Source of the DNA: a bacterium
Lineage (GTDB): Bacteria > Planctomycetota > JAFGQW01
Assembly (NCBI GenBank): GCA_030426805.1
Contig: JAUHXU010000003.1
Location: forward strand, 665,488 to 729,487
Direction: 5' to 3'
Length of the DNA stretch: 64,000 nucleotides
The notes under the pieces are model-generated. The model saw only the letters and a list, made by a program, of their open reading frames with translations, was not told the DNA's origin and ran no database searches. Positions 36,488-47,133 of this stretch are shown here, in pieces (position 1 is the stretch's first letter; every line of letters starts with the position of its first letter). Both the position numbers and the translations under genes were made by a program.

Positions 36488-39109
36488 ATGGGGTATCGAC
36501 TCGCCGGGATCGCGTGCATCGTGTGGGTCGCGTGTGCCGTTTCGGCGCGCGGCCAGGAGACGGTCAGCGACGGTGTGCGACAGGCGCAGGCGTGCTTCGA
36601 TCGGGGCGAGATCGACGACGCACACCGCCTCGTGACGGACGCGATCGACGCCAACGGTGACGACGTCGCGGCGCGCATGCTGCGCGCCGAGATCGGCATC
36701 TTCCGCTTCGATCTCGACGAGGCGTCCGCGGACGCGCGCGCGATTCTCGCGCGCAACGCCGAGCACGTCGGTGCACGCTACATCCTCGCGCGGGTGATCG
36801 GACGCCGCTTCCACGATACCGAGGCACTCGCCGCGCACGAGGCGCTCGCCGAGTCGGCACCCGAGAGCGCGCAGGCGGTGCGGGGTCTCGCCGTCGCGCT
36901 GGCGGCCGTCGAACGCGAGGAAGAGGCGCTCGCCGCCGCGCAACGGGCTATCGAACTCGACGACACCGATGGACGGGCGTGGGTCGTGCTCGCACGGATC
37001 CGCGCCGAGCTCGACGACACCGTCGGCGCGGTCGCCGCCTACGACAAGGCGATCGAGCGCCTGCCGAAAGCGCACCGGCCGTACCAAGGCCGGGCGCTGG
37101 CCCTCGCCGAACTCGGCCGCCTCGACGCGGCACGCGAGGACGCCGAGCGCGCGCTCGAGCAACCGATCGAGCGGCCGCGCGCGCTGCTCACGTTCGCCTA
37201 CGTCATCGGTCAGGCCGATTCCGTGCAGCCGAAGGCCGCGAAGGACGCGATCGACGAGGCGTTCGCCGCGGAGGTGACCGACCCCGACGACCGGTTGGAC
37301 CGCGCGAGCTGGGCGAGCTGGCTCGGAGAACCGTGGCGCGGGAAGGCCGATCTCGCCGCCATTCTCGAGACCCACCCGCACTCGGTGGATGCGCACCGCA
37401 TCCACGCGCGCTCGCTGCTCGCCCGCTACCGCACTCACGACGCGCTGCAAGCCGCTTCGGCGATGCTCGAGCGGCTGCCGGGGAGCTGGCGCGCGCACCG
37501 GATCCGCGGCCGGGCGCACCTGCGCCGGCGCGACTACGACGCGGCGATCGAGGCGCTGGACACGGCCCTCGAGAAACACCCGCGCAGCTACCCGCTGCTC
37601 CTGATGCGGGCGGCGGCGAAACACGAAGGCAAACGCGAAGGCTACGATGCCGACCTCGCGACCGCGATCGAACTCTTCCCCGACCGGCCGGATGCGTATG
37701 CCCAACGCGCGTACTACCGAGAGCGAGCGGACGACTGGAAGGCCGCGCTGGCCGACCGCGACCGCACGGTCGAACTGCGACCGGACAACACGCTGCTTCG
37801 CGCCTTTCGTGCGGTCACTCGAAAGCGCCTCGGCGATTCCGACGGGGCGGCCGCCGACCTCGAGCGCGTCGGCGCCCGCCGCACGTTCGAAGCCGGCGCG
37901 ATCGCGCGACACGCCGCAGAGCTCGCCGAAGACGCGCGCCACGCCGAGGCGGAGCGTCGAATGAAGGACGCGCTGTTCGTGTCGGCCGACTCGGACCTCG
38001 TCTACTACGCCAAGGCGCGAATGGCCGACGACGCCGAGGACCCGAAGGAGGCGTTGGTCGCCGCGAACCGGATGATCGAACTCCGCGACACCGCCGCAAA
38101 CCGTGCGCTGCGCAGTCGGATCTTCGGCTCGCTCGAACGACTCGACGATGCGGTCGCCGACCTCGACCGCGCCCTCGAGCTCGAGCCCGGCGATGCCCGC
38201 ACCCTCGTCTCGCGCGCCTACCTCCACCGCAGTCGCGAGGACACCGAAGCGGTCAGCCGCGACTTCAAGGCCGCGCTCGCGGCCGCACCCGGCAACGACA
38301 CGATCCGGTGCCAGCGCGCATACGCGTGCGGCCCGGAGCGCAGCGACGATGCCCTCGACGAACTGGACGCCGTGCTCGAGAAGGACCCGCGCAACGCGTT
38401 CGCGCTCTCGATCCGCGCGCTCGTCTACATGATGACCGACGAGAGCGCCAAGGCGATGAAAGACGTCGAGCGCGCCCTCGCACTACGCCCCTCCGTCCCG
38501 GACGTCCTGCTCCGCATCGCCCAGGTGCAGCGCGGCGCCGACGAACGGGATGCGTCGATCGAGACGCTCGACGACGTGCTCAACCGCTACCCATACTCGC
38601 TGCGGGCTCGCGAGTTTCGCGCCTACGAGCGCACGGTCGACGAGGACTTCGAGGGTGCGCTCGAGGACGTCGATGCAGCGCTTCGACGCGCCCCCAAGTG
38701 CGCGCGGTTCCGGATGCGACGCGCGGACATCCTGATGCGATTGGAGCGGCCCGACGACGCGCTCGAGGAACTCGACGCGGTGATCGCGGCGGACCCGAAG
38801 AACCGCGACGCGCGCAGCCAGCGCGGCTACCTTCTCGCGATGCGCAAGGCGTTCGACCGCGCGCTCGAGGACTACGACGTGCTGGTCAAGCTCGACCCGA
38901 AGGACGCGCAATCGCTCGCGACGCGCGCCTGGATCCACGTCCAGCTCGAGAACTGGGACGAGGTGATCGAGGACTGCGACGCGGCGATCGAGGCCGACCC
39001 GAAGCTCGCCGTGGCCTACCACTACCGCGGCCAGGCCCGCGCAGCGCTCGGCGACCAAGTCGGTGCCGGCGAGGACTTCGAGCGCTACGAGGAGCTGCGC
39101 CAGCGGTAG
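36488..39109 (+). CDS. Secreted TPR-repeat protein (about 870 aa)
   Basis: Signal peptide MGYRLAGIACIVWVACAVSARGQ. Many tetratricopeptide-like repeats (AxxxYxxAIELDPxxAxAxxxRA pattern). It is divergent from the ECF-fusion gene. Confidence 0.8.
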   Translation: MGYRLAGIACIVWVACAVSARGQETVSDGVRQAQACFDRGEIDDAHRLVTDAIDANGDDVAARMLRAEIGIFRFDLDEASADARAILARNAEHVGARYILARVIGRRFHDTEALAAHEALAESAPESAQAVRGLAVALAAVEREEEALAAAQRAIELDDTDGRAWVVLARIRAELDDTVGAVAAYDKAIERLPKAHRPYQGRALALAELGRLDAAREDAERALEQPIERPRALLTFAYVIGQADSVQPKAAKDAIDEAFAAEVTDPDDRLDRASWASWLGEPWRGKADLAAILETHPHSVDAHRIHARSLLARYRTHDALQAASAMLERLPGSWRAHRIRGRAHLRRRDYDAAIEALDTALEKHPRSYPLLLMRAAAKHEGKREGYDADLATAIELFPDRPDAYAQRAYYRERADDWKAALADRDRTVELRPDNTLLRAFRAVTRKRLGDSDGAAADLERVGARRTFEAGAIARHAAELAEDARHAEAERRMKDALFVSADSDLVYYAKARMADDAEDPKEALVAANRMIELRDTAANRALRSRIFGSLERLDDAVADLDRALELEPGDARTLVSRAYLHRSREDTEAVSRDFKAALAAAPGNDTIRCQRAYACGPERSDDALDELDAVLEKDPRNAFALSIRALVYMMTDESAKAMKDVERALALRPSVPDVLLRIAQVQRGADERDASIETLDDVLNRYPYSLRAREFRAYERTVDEDFEGALEDVDAALRRAPKCARFRMRRADILMRLERPDDALEELDAVIAADPKNRDARSQRGYLLAMRKAFDRALEDYDVLVKLDPKDAQSLATRAWIHVQLENWDEVIEDCDAAIEADPKLAVAYHYRGQARAALGDQVGAGEDFERYEELRQR

Positions 39110-39112
39110 CCG

Positions 39113-40318
39113 TCAGTGCTGCACGACCGTCTCGGTGTTTCCGACGAGGAACCCCCCGGGCTGCGCGGGATCGATCACGACGCCCGACACGTGGATGGGC
39201 GTGCCGACCGGAACGTGTGCCGGGATCGTGAAGTAGCCGTTGGCGCTGTTCGTCGGTCGCATCGTCCCGGTGAAGGCCTGTGTGAAGAACGGTTGGCCGC
39301 CGCACACGGTCGCGAAGAACAATCCGTCCGGCGCGAGGTTGATGCGGCCGGCGCCCGGGATCGTCAGGCCGGGCGCCACGCCGAGCGATAGCGCGAGGCA
39401 GTACGGCTTCCCCGCCGATCCGGCGAAGTAGAGGATCACGTTCACGGACGACGGTCCCGTCGCGACGACACGCACACTGATCCGCTGGTCACCGAAGACA
39501 TCGATGCCGGAGATCGAGCCCCTCGTCGTGGAGCGTCGTCGCACGAACGCCCCGGTGTTCGTCAGCTCGTAGAGAACACCCTCGGCGGTTCCGACGTAGA
39601 GTCGGCTCGTGCGCTGGTCGTAGGCGCAGCAGTTGCCGCGCACGTTCGTCGGCAGGACCACGCTCCGTTGCAACGTCCCGCTCGAGCTGTAGATCTGCAG
39701 CGGTGTCGTGGTCGACAAGAACGTCACCGCGTACTGATCGATGTCGGGCATGTAGCAGATGCCCGTCGCACCGCTCGGGATCAACGAAAGCCGCGTCATC
39801 GACTGCCCGTTGAACGGAACGACGGCGAGAACCTCCGGGGCCGGTGCGGTCGTGACGAACGCCCAGTCCCCGGTTCGCAGGTTGCGGCAGATCCCGTTGA
39901 CCGTCGCGCCGGACGCATTGTGGAAGACGGAACTCCCGCCGGAGATCCCCTTCGTCACGAGCCCGGCGGTGCTCGCCGAGCAGATGTAGCGGTGCTCGGT
40001 GTCGAGGTCGATGCCGGTCGCCCACCCGCTCGTGAGGCTGGTCAACGAAAACACGGTGCCGGCGACCGTCAGCTGGAACATCGCGCCCGTCGCGCTTCCG
40101 CCGACGACGCTCTGGTTGCCGCTGGCGGTCTTGATGCACTGCAACCGGATCGACCCGACGCCGGTGCCCGGCCACACGCTCTCGGCGCTCGAGAAGTCGG
40201 CCGGCAGGTGAAACACACCGGCCGTCGTCGAGAAGACGATCTCGCCTTCGGCGGGTTGTGCGTGGGCACCGGCCACACAACCGATCGCGACCGCGACCCC
40301 AGTCAAGAGCCGCTTCAT
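39113..40318 (-). CDS. Secreted hypothetical protein, paralog family (tandem copy B)
   Basis: MKRLLTGVAVAIGCVAGAHAQPAEG... with a GGAGAC RBS. It is about 80% identical to the upstream copy. The ORF-track entry 39113-41662 merges it with an out-of-frame artefact. Confidence 0.8.
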   Translation of the reverse strand: MKRLLTGVAVAIGCVAGAHAQPAEGEIVFSTTAGVFHLPADFSSAESVWPGTGVGSIRLQCIKTASGNQSVVGGSATGAMFQLTVAGTVFSLTSLTSGWATGIDLDTEHRYICSASTAGLVTKGISGGSSVFHNASGATVNGICRNLRTGDWAFVTTAPAPEVLAVVPFNGQSMTRLSLIPSGATGICYMPDIDQYAVTFLSTTTPLQIYSSSGTLQRSVVLPTNVRGNCCAYDQRTSRLYVGTAEGVLYELTNTGAFVRRRSTTRGSISGIDVFGDQRISVRVVATGPSSVNVILYFAGSAGKPYCLALSLGVAPGLTIPGAGRINLAPDGLFFATVCGGQPFFTQAFTGTMRPTNSANGYFTIPAHVPVGTPIHVSGVVIDPAQPGGFLVGNTETVVQH

Positions 40319-40329
40319 GTAGGTCTCCA

Positions 40330-41535
40330 TCAATGCTGCACGATCGTCTCTGTGTTGCCGAGCAGGAATCCGCCCGGCTGCGCGGGGTCGATCACGACGC
40401 CCGATACGTGGACCGGCGTGCCGAACGGCACGTGCGCGGGGATCGTGAAGAAGCCGTTCCCGCTGTTCGCCGCGCGCATCGTCCCGGTGAACCCTTGCGT
40501 GAAGAACGGCTGGCCGCCGCACACGGTCGCGAAGAACAGCCCGTCCGGCGCGAGGTTGATCCGGCCGGCGCCCGGGATCGTCAGGCCGGGCGCCATCCCG
40601 AGCGAGAGCGCGAGGCAGTAGGGTTTCCCCGCCGACCCGCGGAAGGACAGGATGACGTTCATGTCGACCGGTGAAGTCCCGAACACGCGGATGCTGATCC
40701 GCTGGTCGCCGAACACGTCGATCCCGTTGATCGCGCCGCGTGTCATCGCCCGTCGACGAACGAACACGCCGGTGTTCGTCAGTTCGTAGGCAACGCCCTC
40801 GATCGTGCCGACGTAGAGTCGGCTCGTGCGCTGGTCGTACGCGCAGCAGTTGCCGCGGACGTTCGTCGGCAGGAACACGCTCTGACGCAGCGCTCCGGTC
40901 GAGCTGTAGATCTGCAGCGGCGTCGTGGTGGACAGGAACGTCACCGCATACTGATCGACGTCCGGCATGTAGCAGACGCCGGTCGCCCCGCCTGGAATCG
41001 TCGCGAGCCGGGTCAGCGACGCACCGCTGTGGGAGACGACACCGAGGTAGGTCTGCGTCGGCGCCGTCGTGACGAATGCCCAGTCCCCGGTTCGCAGGTT
41101 GCGGCAGATCCCGTTGACGGTCGCGCCGGACGCATTGTGGAACACCGAACTTCCCGCGGAGATCCCCTTCGTCACGAGCCCGGCGGTGCTCGCGGAGCAG
41201 ATGTAGCGGTAGTCGGTGTCGAGGTCGATGCCGGTCGCCCAACCACTCGTGAGATTGCCGAGCGTCACGATCGAGCCGCCGGTCGTGATGCGATACATCG
41301 CGCCGGAGATGTCCCCGCCGACAACGCCTTGGTTGCCGTAGGCAGTCTTGATGCACTGCAGGCCGAGGGAGCCGATACCGGTGCCCGGCCAGATGCTCTC
41401 GGCGGTCGAAAAGTCGGCCGGCAGATGGAACACGCCGGAGGTGGTCGAGAAGACGATGTCGCCTTCGGCGGGTTGCGCGCTCGCGCCGGCCACACAGCCG
41501 ATCACGATCGTGAGGGCGATCAGAAGTCGCTTCAT
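40330..41535 (-). CDS. Secreted hypothetical protein, paralog family (tandem copy A)
   Basis: MKRLLIALTIVIGCVAGASAQPAEG... with a GGGAGAC RBS. It ends ...PAQPGGFLLGNTETIVQH, as copy B does. Confidence 0.8.
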   Translation of the reverse strand: MKRLLIALTIVIGCVAGASAQPAEGDIVFSTTSGVFHLPADFSTAESIWPGTGIGSLGLQCIKTAYGNQGVVGGDISGAMYRITTGGSIVTLGNLTSGWATGIDLDTDYRYICSASTAGLVTKGISAGSSVFHNASGATVNGICRNLRTGDWAFVTTAPTQTYLGVVSHSGASLTRLATIPGGATGVCYMPDVDQYAVTFLSTTTPLQIYSSTGALRQSVFLPTNVRGNCCAYDQRTSRLYVGTIEGVAYELTNTGVFVRRRAMTRGAINGIDVFGDQRISIRVFGTSPVDMNVILSFRGSAGKPYCLALSLGMAPGLTIPGAGRINLAPDGLFFATVCGGQPFFTQGFTGTMRAANSGNGFFTIPAHVPFGTPVHVSGVVIDPAQPGGFLLGNTETIVQH

Positions 41536-41712
41536 GTCGGTCTCCCAAGAACGGACGAGCCGTCAGACGGCCCGCGGGTCGGAAGCCCGATGTCACGAGT
41601 GCCCTCCGGATATCAGGAAAGTGCGTCGGGAAGTTGAACGATAGAGAATCGCTTGACACCACGCGCGCGACAGCGGTCCAATGCGAGCCCAGCCGACGAT
41701 CGCGAGGAACCG

Positions 41713-42882
41713 ATGATGCGTGCCGTGCTCTTCCTACTGATGCTGGCCGTCGGCGCGGTCGGGGCGCAATACCAGCCGGGCGACCTGCTGTTCGCGGTCG
41801 ATACGCAATCGCCGGGCACCTACCTGCTCATGCGGTACACGCCGACGTCCAACGTCCCTTCGACGGTGGTGGGCTTCCCCGGGGCGCCCCGCACGATCTT
41901 GTCGAGCCCGGACAACCGATCGATGCTGATCTCGACGTGGGGCAAGACCCTCGCCGTGCCCCCCAACGGCGTCGTGCAGACCGTCTCCGGAACGGTCCCC
42001 GGTGCACTGATGGAGCTGGACGGCGCTGGACGGCTGTGGGGAAGCGACTTCGGCGTGCGCACGGTCGATTTCTTCGACTTCACCCCGGCGGGCCCCGCCC
42101 GGCTACGAACCTACAACGTGTTGGCATGGGGCAATCCGGTGTTGGAGCCGCACTCGGGACACGCGATCGACACGTTTGCGAATCGGGCGTACACACTGCA
42201 CGGGCCGAGCGTGACGACCACGCTCAATCTGCCGAGTTTCGCCGGCGCCAACGCAGAGTGGTCGCCCGAGCTCGCAGCGATGGTCGGCAAGCACGGCGAC
42301 CACCTCGCGGCGTTCACACTCGCGTCACCGCCCCTCGTGACGACGTTGGTGACCAACGCCAAGCCGAACGTGATCGAACGCGGACCCCGGGGCACCCTCT
42401 TCTCCATGAGCCTATGGCACAACCGCATCGACGAGTTCGATCCGATCCAAAACGTCACGATCCGCAGCCTCCCTCTGCCGCCCCGGTCGCAACCGCTGAT
42501 GGCCGTCGCCCGCGGCCGCACGCTGGCCGGCCTGGGGCCTGCGACCCGCGGTTCAACGTGGCCGCTGCGCATCTCGTTTCCCGGCGAACCGGGCGCCCTC
42601 TACATGTCGGCGATCGCGTTCTCGATCCACCGCGGATCCCCGATCGGCAACGGGTTTCGCCTCTTCCTGGCGCACGATCCGCTCCTTCGGCTCTCCGTTA
42701 CCAACGCCGGCCTCTTCACCGGAATGCACGGCCAATTGGACGCGCGCGGCGAAGCCTCCGCACGGGTGACCATTCCGCAACTCGCCGGGCTCGCCGGCCT
42801 GCGCATCTTCGCCCAGGCGATCGCAATTCGTAGCGGCCGGGTCGTCGGCGCATCGGCGCCGGTCGGCGTGACGATCCCGTAG
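41713..42882 (+). CDS. Secreted hypothetical protein, paralog family
   Basis: MMRAVLFLLMLAVGAVGAQ (signal peptide) with a GAGGAA RBS. The C-terminus LRISFPGEPGALYMSAIAFS...GLRIFAQAIAI is the family signature. Confidence 0.7.
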   Translation: MMRAVLFLLMLAVGAVGAQYQPGDLLFAVDTQSPGTYLLMRYTPTSNVPSTVVGFPGAPRTILSSPDNRSMLISTWGKTLAVPPNGVVQTVSGTVPGALMELDGAGRLWGSDFGVRTVDFFDFTPAGPARLRTYNVLAWGNPVLEPHSGHAIDTFANRAYTLHGPSVTTTLNLPSFAGANAEWSPELAAMVGKHGDHLAAFTLASPPLVTTLVTNAKPNVIERGPRGTLFSMSLWHNRIDEFDPIQNVTIRSLPLPPRSQPLMAVARGRTLAGLGPATRGSTWPLRISFPGEPGALYMSAIAFSIHRGSPIGNGFRLFLAHDPLLRLSVTNAGLFTGMHGQLDARGEASARVTIPQLAGLAGLRIFAQAIAIRSGRVVGASAPVGVTIP

Positions 42883-42918
42883 GCCGCCTACCCTCGTCCG
42901 CCGGAAAGGCAGGGTTCG

Positions 42919-45516
42919 ATGCCGTACGCTCTCCGCGCATTGCTCGCGGTCTTCGCACTCCTCGTGTCCGGCTGTGGCGGCGGAGAAGCGCCCGAGCCCC
43001 CGATCGCGACGGCCGTCACGCAACTGCGGGTTCAGGACGTCGTCCGCGACGAGAAGCTGATGGGGCTCGACATCAGTTGGCGGGGCAAGCTGGATCCGGC
43101 GGCAGTGAAGGCGTTGCAGGCGCACTCGGCGATCGCCGGCGTCGACCGGCGCATGGACGAAGCGTCCGGGACGATGCGCGTCGACGTTCGTGCGAACCAC
43201 GGCGACCTCGCCCGGCTGATCCTCTACACCGACCCGAAGTCCGATGATGTGCTGGGCTACTACTGCGAGTTGCGGAGTCCGGCACGCAAGCCACGTCGCC
43301 CGGGCCCCGACGCGTGGGGTGAGCGATGCCGTCGTCAGTTCGAGATGAGGCCGCTCGGTTTCTTCGGCACGGTGGACTCGCAAGGACCCACGCTGGTCTT
43401 CGACACGGACCTGCCCCGTCGGTATGCCGCGGTGCGGGATCGGCGCCTGGTCGGTTTCCTCGTCGCGACGGCAGACTTCTTCCGTCCGGATTGCCACGGC
43501 TTCCAGTCGCGGGCCGAGATCCTCGCCGACGCGAAACGACGGATCGAGGAGAAGCGCCCGCGCGAGAACCCGCTGATCGACTACGAGATCGCGGGCGTCG
43601 AGTTGAAGGAGGTCGGCCGCCAGTTGGCGGCACTGCGCAAGACGATCGCCAAAGAGCGCCACCGGGAGCAGCAGCGAGAAGGCGCGAAGCGGTGGGAGGC
43701 GTTTCTCGCGGAAGTGCGCGACGAGCCGTTCGACGTGAAGATGCAGCGCTACGCGGATGCGTACGGGCGACTGCCGACGTCCGGACGGTTCGCCGTCGAC
43801 CGGGCGCTCCGCGCCGACGCGCGGCGCGAGCTGGAGGCGACGGACGTCGGGGTCGCGCGGCGTTCGATGCTATCCAGCCTCGCGAAGTCGGGCTACCTGT
43901 CCCGGGCGAAGACGCTCCTCGCGTATGCGAATACGATCGATGGTTCACCGAACCTCGAGGCACTCGGAGCGTGGTATGCAAATCGCGACCCGCGCGCGAA
44001 CAAGCGGTTCGCCCAACGCGTCAACCAAGCGGTTCGGTTGCGCGCGTTGCACTTGCTCGCGGCCGAACGCAAGGCGCTCGCGAACCGAACGGGCGGCGCA
44101 ACGTACACCGCGCTCGGCGCGGTGAGGCGCGCGCTGAACGCACGACGCACGACGGTGACGCTCGACCTCCGCGCGACGGAGCGCTGGCTGGAGACGTGTC
44201 GCGCGTTCGACACGCTCACCGATCCGTTCGAGCGGGTCGCCGCAGCACCGTGGCTGACCGCGCCGACGAAGGCTGTCGGGGAGCGGGTCGCGCGGGCCGT
44301 TTGCCCCGCGTTGAAGCGCCAGCTGGTCGAGCGGGCGGGCGCCGCTGCCGAAGCCGGCCGGAAAGCGACGGCGGCAGCGTGCTGGCTCGCGGCGGCCGTC
44401 GCGGGCCGCGACACGTGGCCGACCGCGACGACCGGGGAGCAGCTCATCGGCAAACGGGCCACCCCGGACGATCCGCTGGCGCAAGCACGACACGCGTTGC
44501 TGATCGAGAGCCTGCAGTTCGTACCGACGCCCGACGACGGCGCGCGCGACCTCGACCCGGTGCTGATCGACGGGGCGGCGCTGGAGTGGCCGATCGTGTC
44601 CAAGCTCGGCATCGCCTACTCGCCGAGCGCGAGGCGACGAAAGGCGATCAACGAGATCGGTGGCCGAACGGACAAGGTCACGCGCCTGCTCCGTCGCAAC
44701 GGCCGTGTCGCGTGGGTCGACATCCTGCGCTCGACGCCTGACGAGCGCCTGCCCGGGACACCGGTTCAGTTCCTCGCGCCGACGCGTGACGCACTGTCGG
44801 CGAAGTCGCGCAGAGAATCCGACGCGCTGAACCGCGAGAGCGAGGCATTGCGTGCGCGGGCGAAGGAACTCGAGGACTTGCCGCCGACCAAGGACTCCAA
44901 CGAGTTCGCGCGGCGATGGAAGATGCGCGAGGAGTTCGCGAAGCGACAACAGCGCTACAACGAGCGTACGGCCGAATGGGCCGACGCGGCGGCGAAGGAA
45001 CTCGCGCCTCGCTACGCCCGCGTGCGCTACGCGCGACGCACAGTGCTCGACGACTACGTCGACACGAGCTTGTTGGTCTACTCGCGACAGGTGGGCCGCA
45101 GCCTCGGCGGCGGCGAGGCGAACGAACGCGAGGTCGCGTGGATGCGCTGGTTCTTCGGGCGATCGACGCCGGGGTTCGAAGGGCTGCCGATCGAGCGGGG
45201 TGACAATCCGAACACACGCATGCGACGGTGCGATCGCCTCGAGCGGGAGGCACTGGAGCAGCCGGGCCGAGCCGAGATGGGGCGTGCAATCGCGCGCTTC
45301 TGGGACGCGGCCGAGGCGTGCGACCTCCCCCGGCGCGCCCCGCGCACGCGCAAGCTGCTCGATCAATACCGGACGACGTTCACGGCCGCACATGTGCTCG
45401 AGCACGTCGTCAAGGCGGCGAAACACGGCAAGACGCTCGAAGCCGAGGTTCTCTCGAAAGACGAGCGCCAGGAACTCGAGCGGAGCGAGCAGCGAAAGAA
45501 AACGCGACGCCGCTAA
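42919..45516 (+). CDS. Large hypothetical lipoprotein (865 aa)
   Basis: Lipobox LLVSGCGGG. Charged and helical; no recognisable domain. Confidence 0.65.
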   Translation: MPYALRALLAVFALLVSGCGGGEAPEPPIATAVTQLRVQDVVRDEKLMGLDISWRGKLDPAAVKALQAHSAIAGVDRRMDEASGTMRVDVRANHGDLARLILYTDPKSDDVLGYYCELRSPARKPRRPGPDAWGERCRRQFEMRPLGFFGTVDSQGPTLVFDTDLPRRYAAVRDRRLVGFLVATADFFRPDCHGFQSRAEILADAKRRIEEKRPRENPLIDYEIAGVELKEVGRQLAALRKTIAKERHREQQREGAKRWEAFLAEVRDEPFDVKMQRYADAYGRLPTSGRFAVDRALRADARRELEATDVGVARRSMLSSLAKSGYLSRAKTLLAYANTIDGSPNLEALGAWYANRDPRANKRFAQRVNQAVRLRALHLLAAERKALANRTGGATYTALGAVRRALNARRTTVTLDLRATERWLETCRAFDTLTDPFERVAAAPWLTAPTKAVGERVARAVCPALKRQLVERAGAAAEAGRKATAAACWLAAAVAGRDTWPTATTGEQLIGKRATPDDPLAQARHALLIESLQFVPTPDDGARDLDPVLIDGAALEWPIVSKLGIAYSPSARRRKAINEIGGRTDKVTRLLRRNGRVAWVDILRSTPDERLPGTPVQFLAPTRDALSAKSRRESDALNRESEALRARAKELEDLPPTKDSNEFARRWKMREEFAKRQQRYNERTAEWADAAAKELAPRYARVRYARRTVLDDYVDTSLLVYSRQVGRSLGGGEANEREVAWMRWFFGRSTPGFEGLPIERGDNPNTRMRRCDRLEREALEQPGRAEMGRAIARFWDAAEACDLPRRAPRTRKLLDQYRTTFTAAHVLEHVVKAAKHGKTLEAEVLSKDERQELERSEQRKKTRRR

Positions 45517-45580
45517 TGCTCGTCGTCACCTCCTCATGGAGATGATTCAAACCCGAATCTGTCCCCCAACGCTGCCATTT

Positions 45581-45610
45581 TTGCGCTTGAAGCGCTTCAA
45601 ACGTGAATAT
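45581..45610 (+). promoter_or_regulatory. AT-rich putative promoter (TTGCGC-N18-GAATAT) containing the perfect 14-nt palindrome TTGAAGCGCTTCAA
   Basis: Palindrome at 45587-45600, inside a locally low-GC island of about 120 bp (45517-45640) upstream of the paralog gene at 45822. Confidence 0.35.
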
Positions 45611-45821
45611 GTCAGCGTTGAGGGACACTTTTGGATGTGAAGCTGCCGAACCGTCCGGCGGACGTGCTCGCGCACGTCGTCCGACAAGCGAAACACCGCA
45701 AGACGCTCGGGAGCAGCGTCCTCGACGACGCGGTTGACGCGCCGAGCGCGTCGCGATTGGATGGGGTCGGGCCTCGTGTTACCGCGAGCGCCGGTCCACG
45801 ACTTCGGCGAGGAGCGACATC

Positions 45822-47115
45822 GATGAGAACCCGGGCAGCACTCCACGCGGCTGCACTCGTCGCGATCACCGCGATCGCCGCGCCGAGCCAGGACCGCTTC
45901 GTCGTCGCCGGCTGGACGACGTCGACGCCGCAACCGCTCCTCGAGATGGACGCGACCGGAACGTCGTTCACGACCGTCCTGACGTTTCCGTGGAACTTCG
46001 GTGTCCACGAGATTCGCATGGCCGACGACAACCGGTCGTATCGGATCTTCGGCCGCGACACGCAGCTCGGGCCACAGGCGATCCTCGACGCCACCGGCGG
46101 CGTGCTCACGACCGTCGCGAGTGGCGGGCCGTTGTTCCTCGCGTTCGGCGGCGTCAGAAACAGCGACGGCGACTGGTACGTGCTGAACCGCACCCCGCTC
46201 AGCGACCTGACGATCCTGCGGCTGCGAGGGAACACACTCACCCAGCTCTCGACGGCCGGCAAGATCACGCCGATCGCACTGACGCGCGACGAAGCGACCG
46301 GCCAGTTGATCGTGCGTGGCACGATCATCGGCGGGGCGTCCGGCTACTTCCGGATCGACCCGAACACCGGCACGGTCACGAGCCTCGCCGCGCGTGCGGC
46401 GAACACCACCGCGACCGGCAGCGTCGAGTTGCTGTACGACCCGGCGACCGGTGGCGTCATCGACGGACAGCGGATCAACCTCGCCGCGCAGGTCATGCTC
46501 GTCGATCCCACGTTCGGCGAGGTGCCGTTCGGAGCGGCGCTGCAAACCCATGTGCCGATCGGCATGGCGCGGTCCGGCCCGCGCCGGCACCCGGTGGCCT
46601 ACTACCTGCTCACGCACCAGACCGCGGGAAATCCGCACGTCTTCCAGTATCAGGGGGATGGGTCGATCACGGTCACGTCGTCGTTCCCGACCCCGATCTT
46701 CCCCGCTGCGTTCGCCCGCATCGGCGCGCGCCACCTCGCGTGGTTCGTCAACCGCGCGCCGAACGACCGGCGGCTACGCGTGTCGTTCCCCGGCGAAGGG
46801 GGCAAGGCGTACACGGTCGCGTTCAGCCTGACCGGAATGCGGCCGGGCATCGGACTCCCGGACGGCCGCACGATCCCGCTCGTCGTCGATGCGCTGACGG
46901 TGGCGTCGCTGGCCGGCGGGATTCCGAACGTGCTCCAGAACACGGTGGGATTCCTGAACGCGCAGGGGCAGGCGGTCGTCACCGTCGACACGAGTCGCTT
47001 CGGGAGCGCGCTGAAGGGGCGCAAGGCCTGGGCCGTCGCCGTGCTGCTCGACCCGGCCAGCCCGACGGGAGTGGCCTACATCACGAAGCCGACGCTCCTC
47101 GAAATCAACGAGTAA
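45822..47115 (+). CDS. Secreted hypothetical protein, paralog family
   Basis: MRTRAALHAAALVAITAIAAPSQ (signal peptide). The C-terminus LRVSFPGEGGKAYTVAFSLTGMRPGIGLPDGRTIPLVVDALTVASL is the family signature. Confidence 0.7.
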
Positions 47116-47133
47116 CGCTCGAGCCTGCGCGCG

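Noticed and set aside
36407-39231. Antisense or alternative-frame ORFs over the TPR gene (36407-38227, 36979-39231)
   Set aside because: The TPR frame has a signal peptide, an RBS and a clear repeat structure
39113-41662. Single 849-aa ORF in the track
   Set aside because: It is actually two tandem paralog genes in different frames; the N-terminal 448 aa of this ORF is an out-of-frame artefact over copy A
43945-45426. 493-aa minus-strand ORF and others antisense to the large lipoprotein gene
   Set aside because: Compositional artefacts
45525-45545. 'TCACCTCCT' resembling the 16S rRNA 3' end (anti-SD)
   Set aside because: Isolated 9-mer with no rRNA context; coincidence
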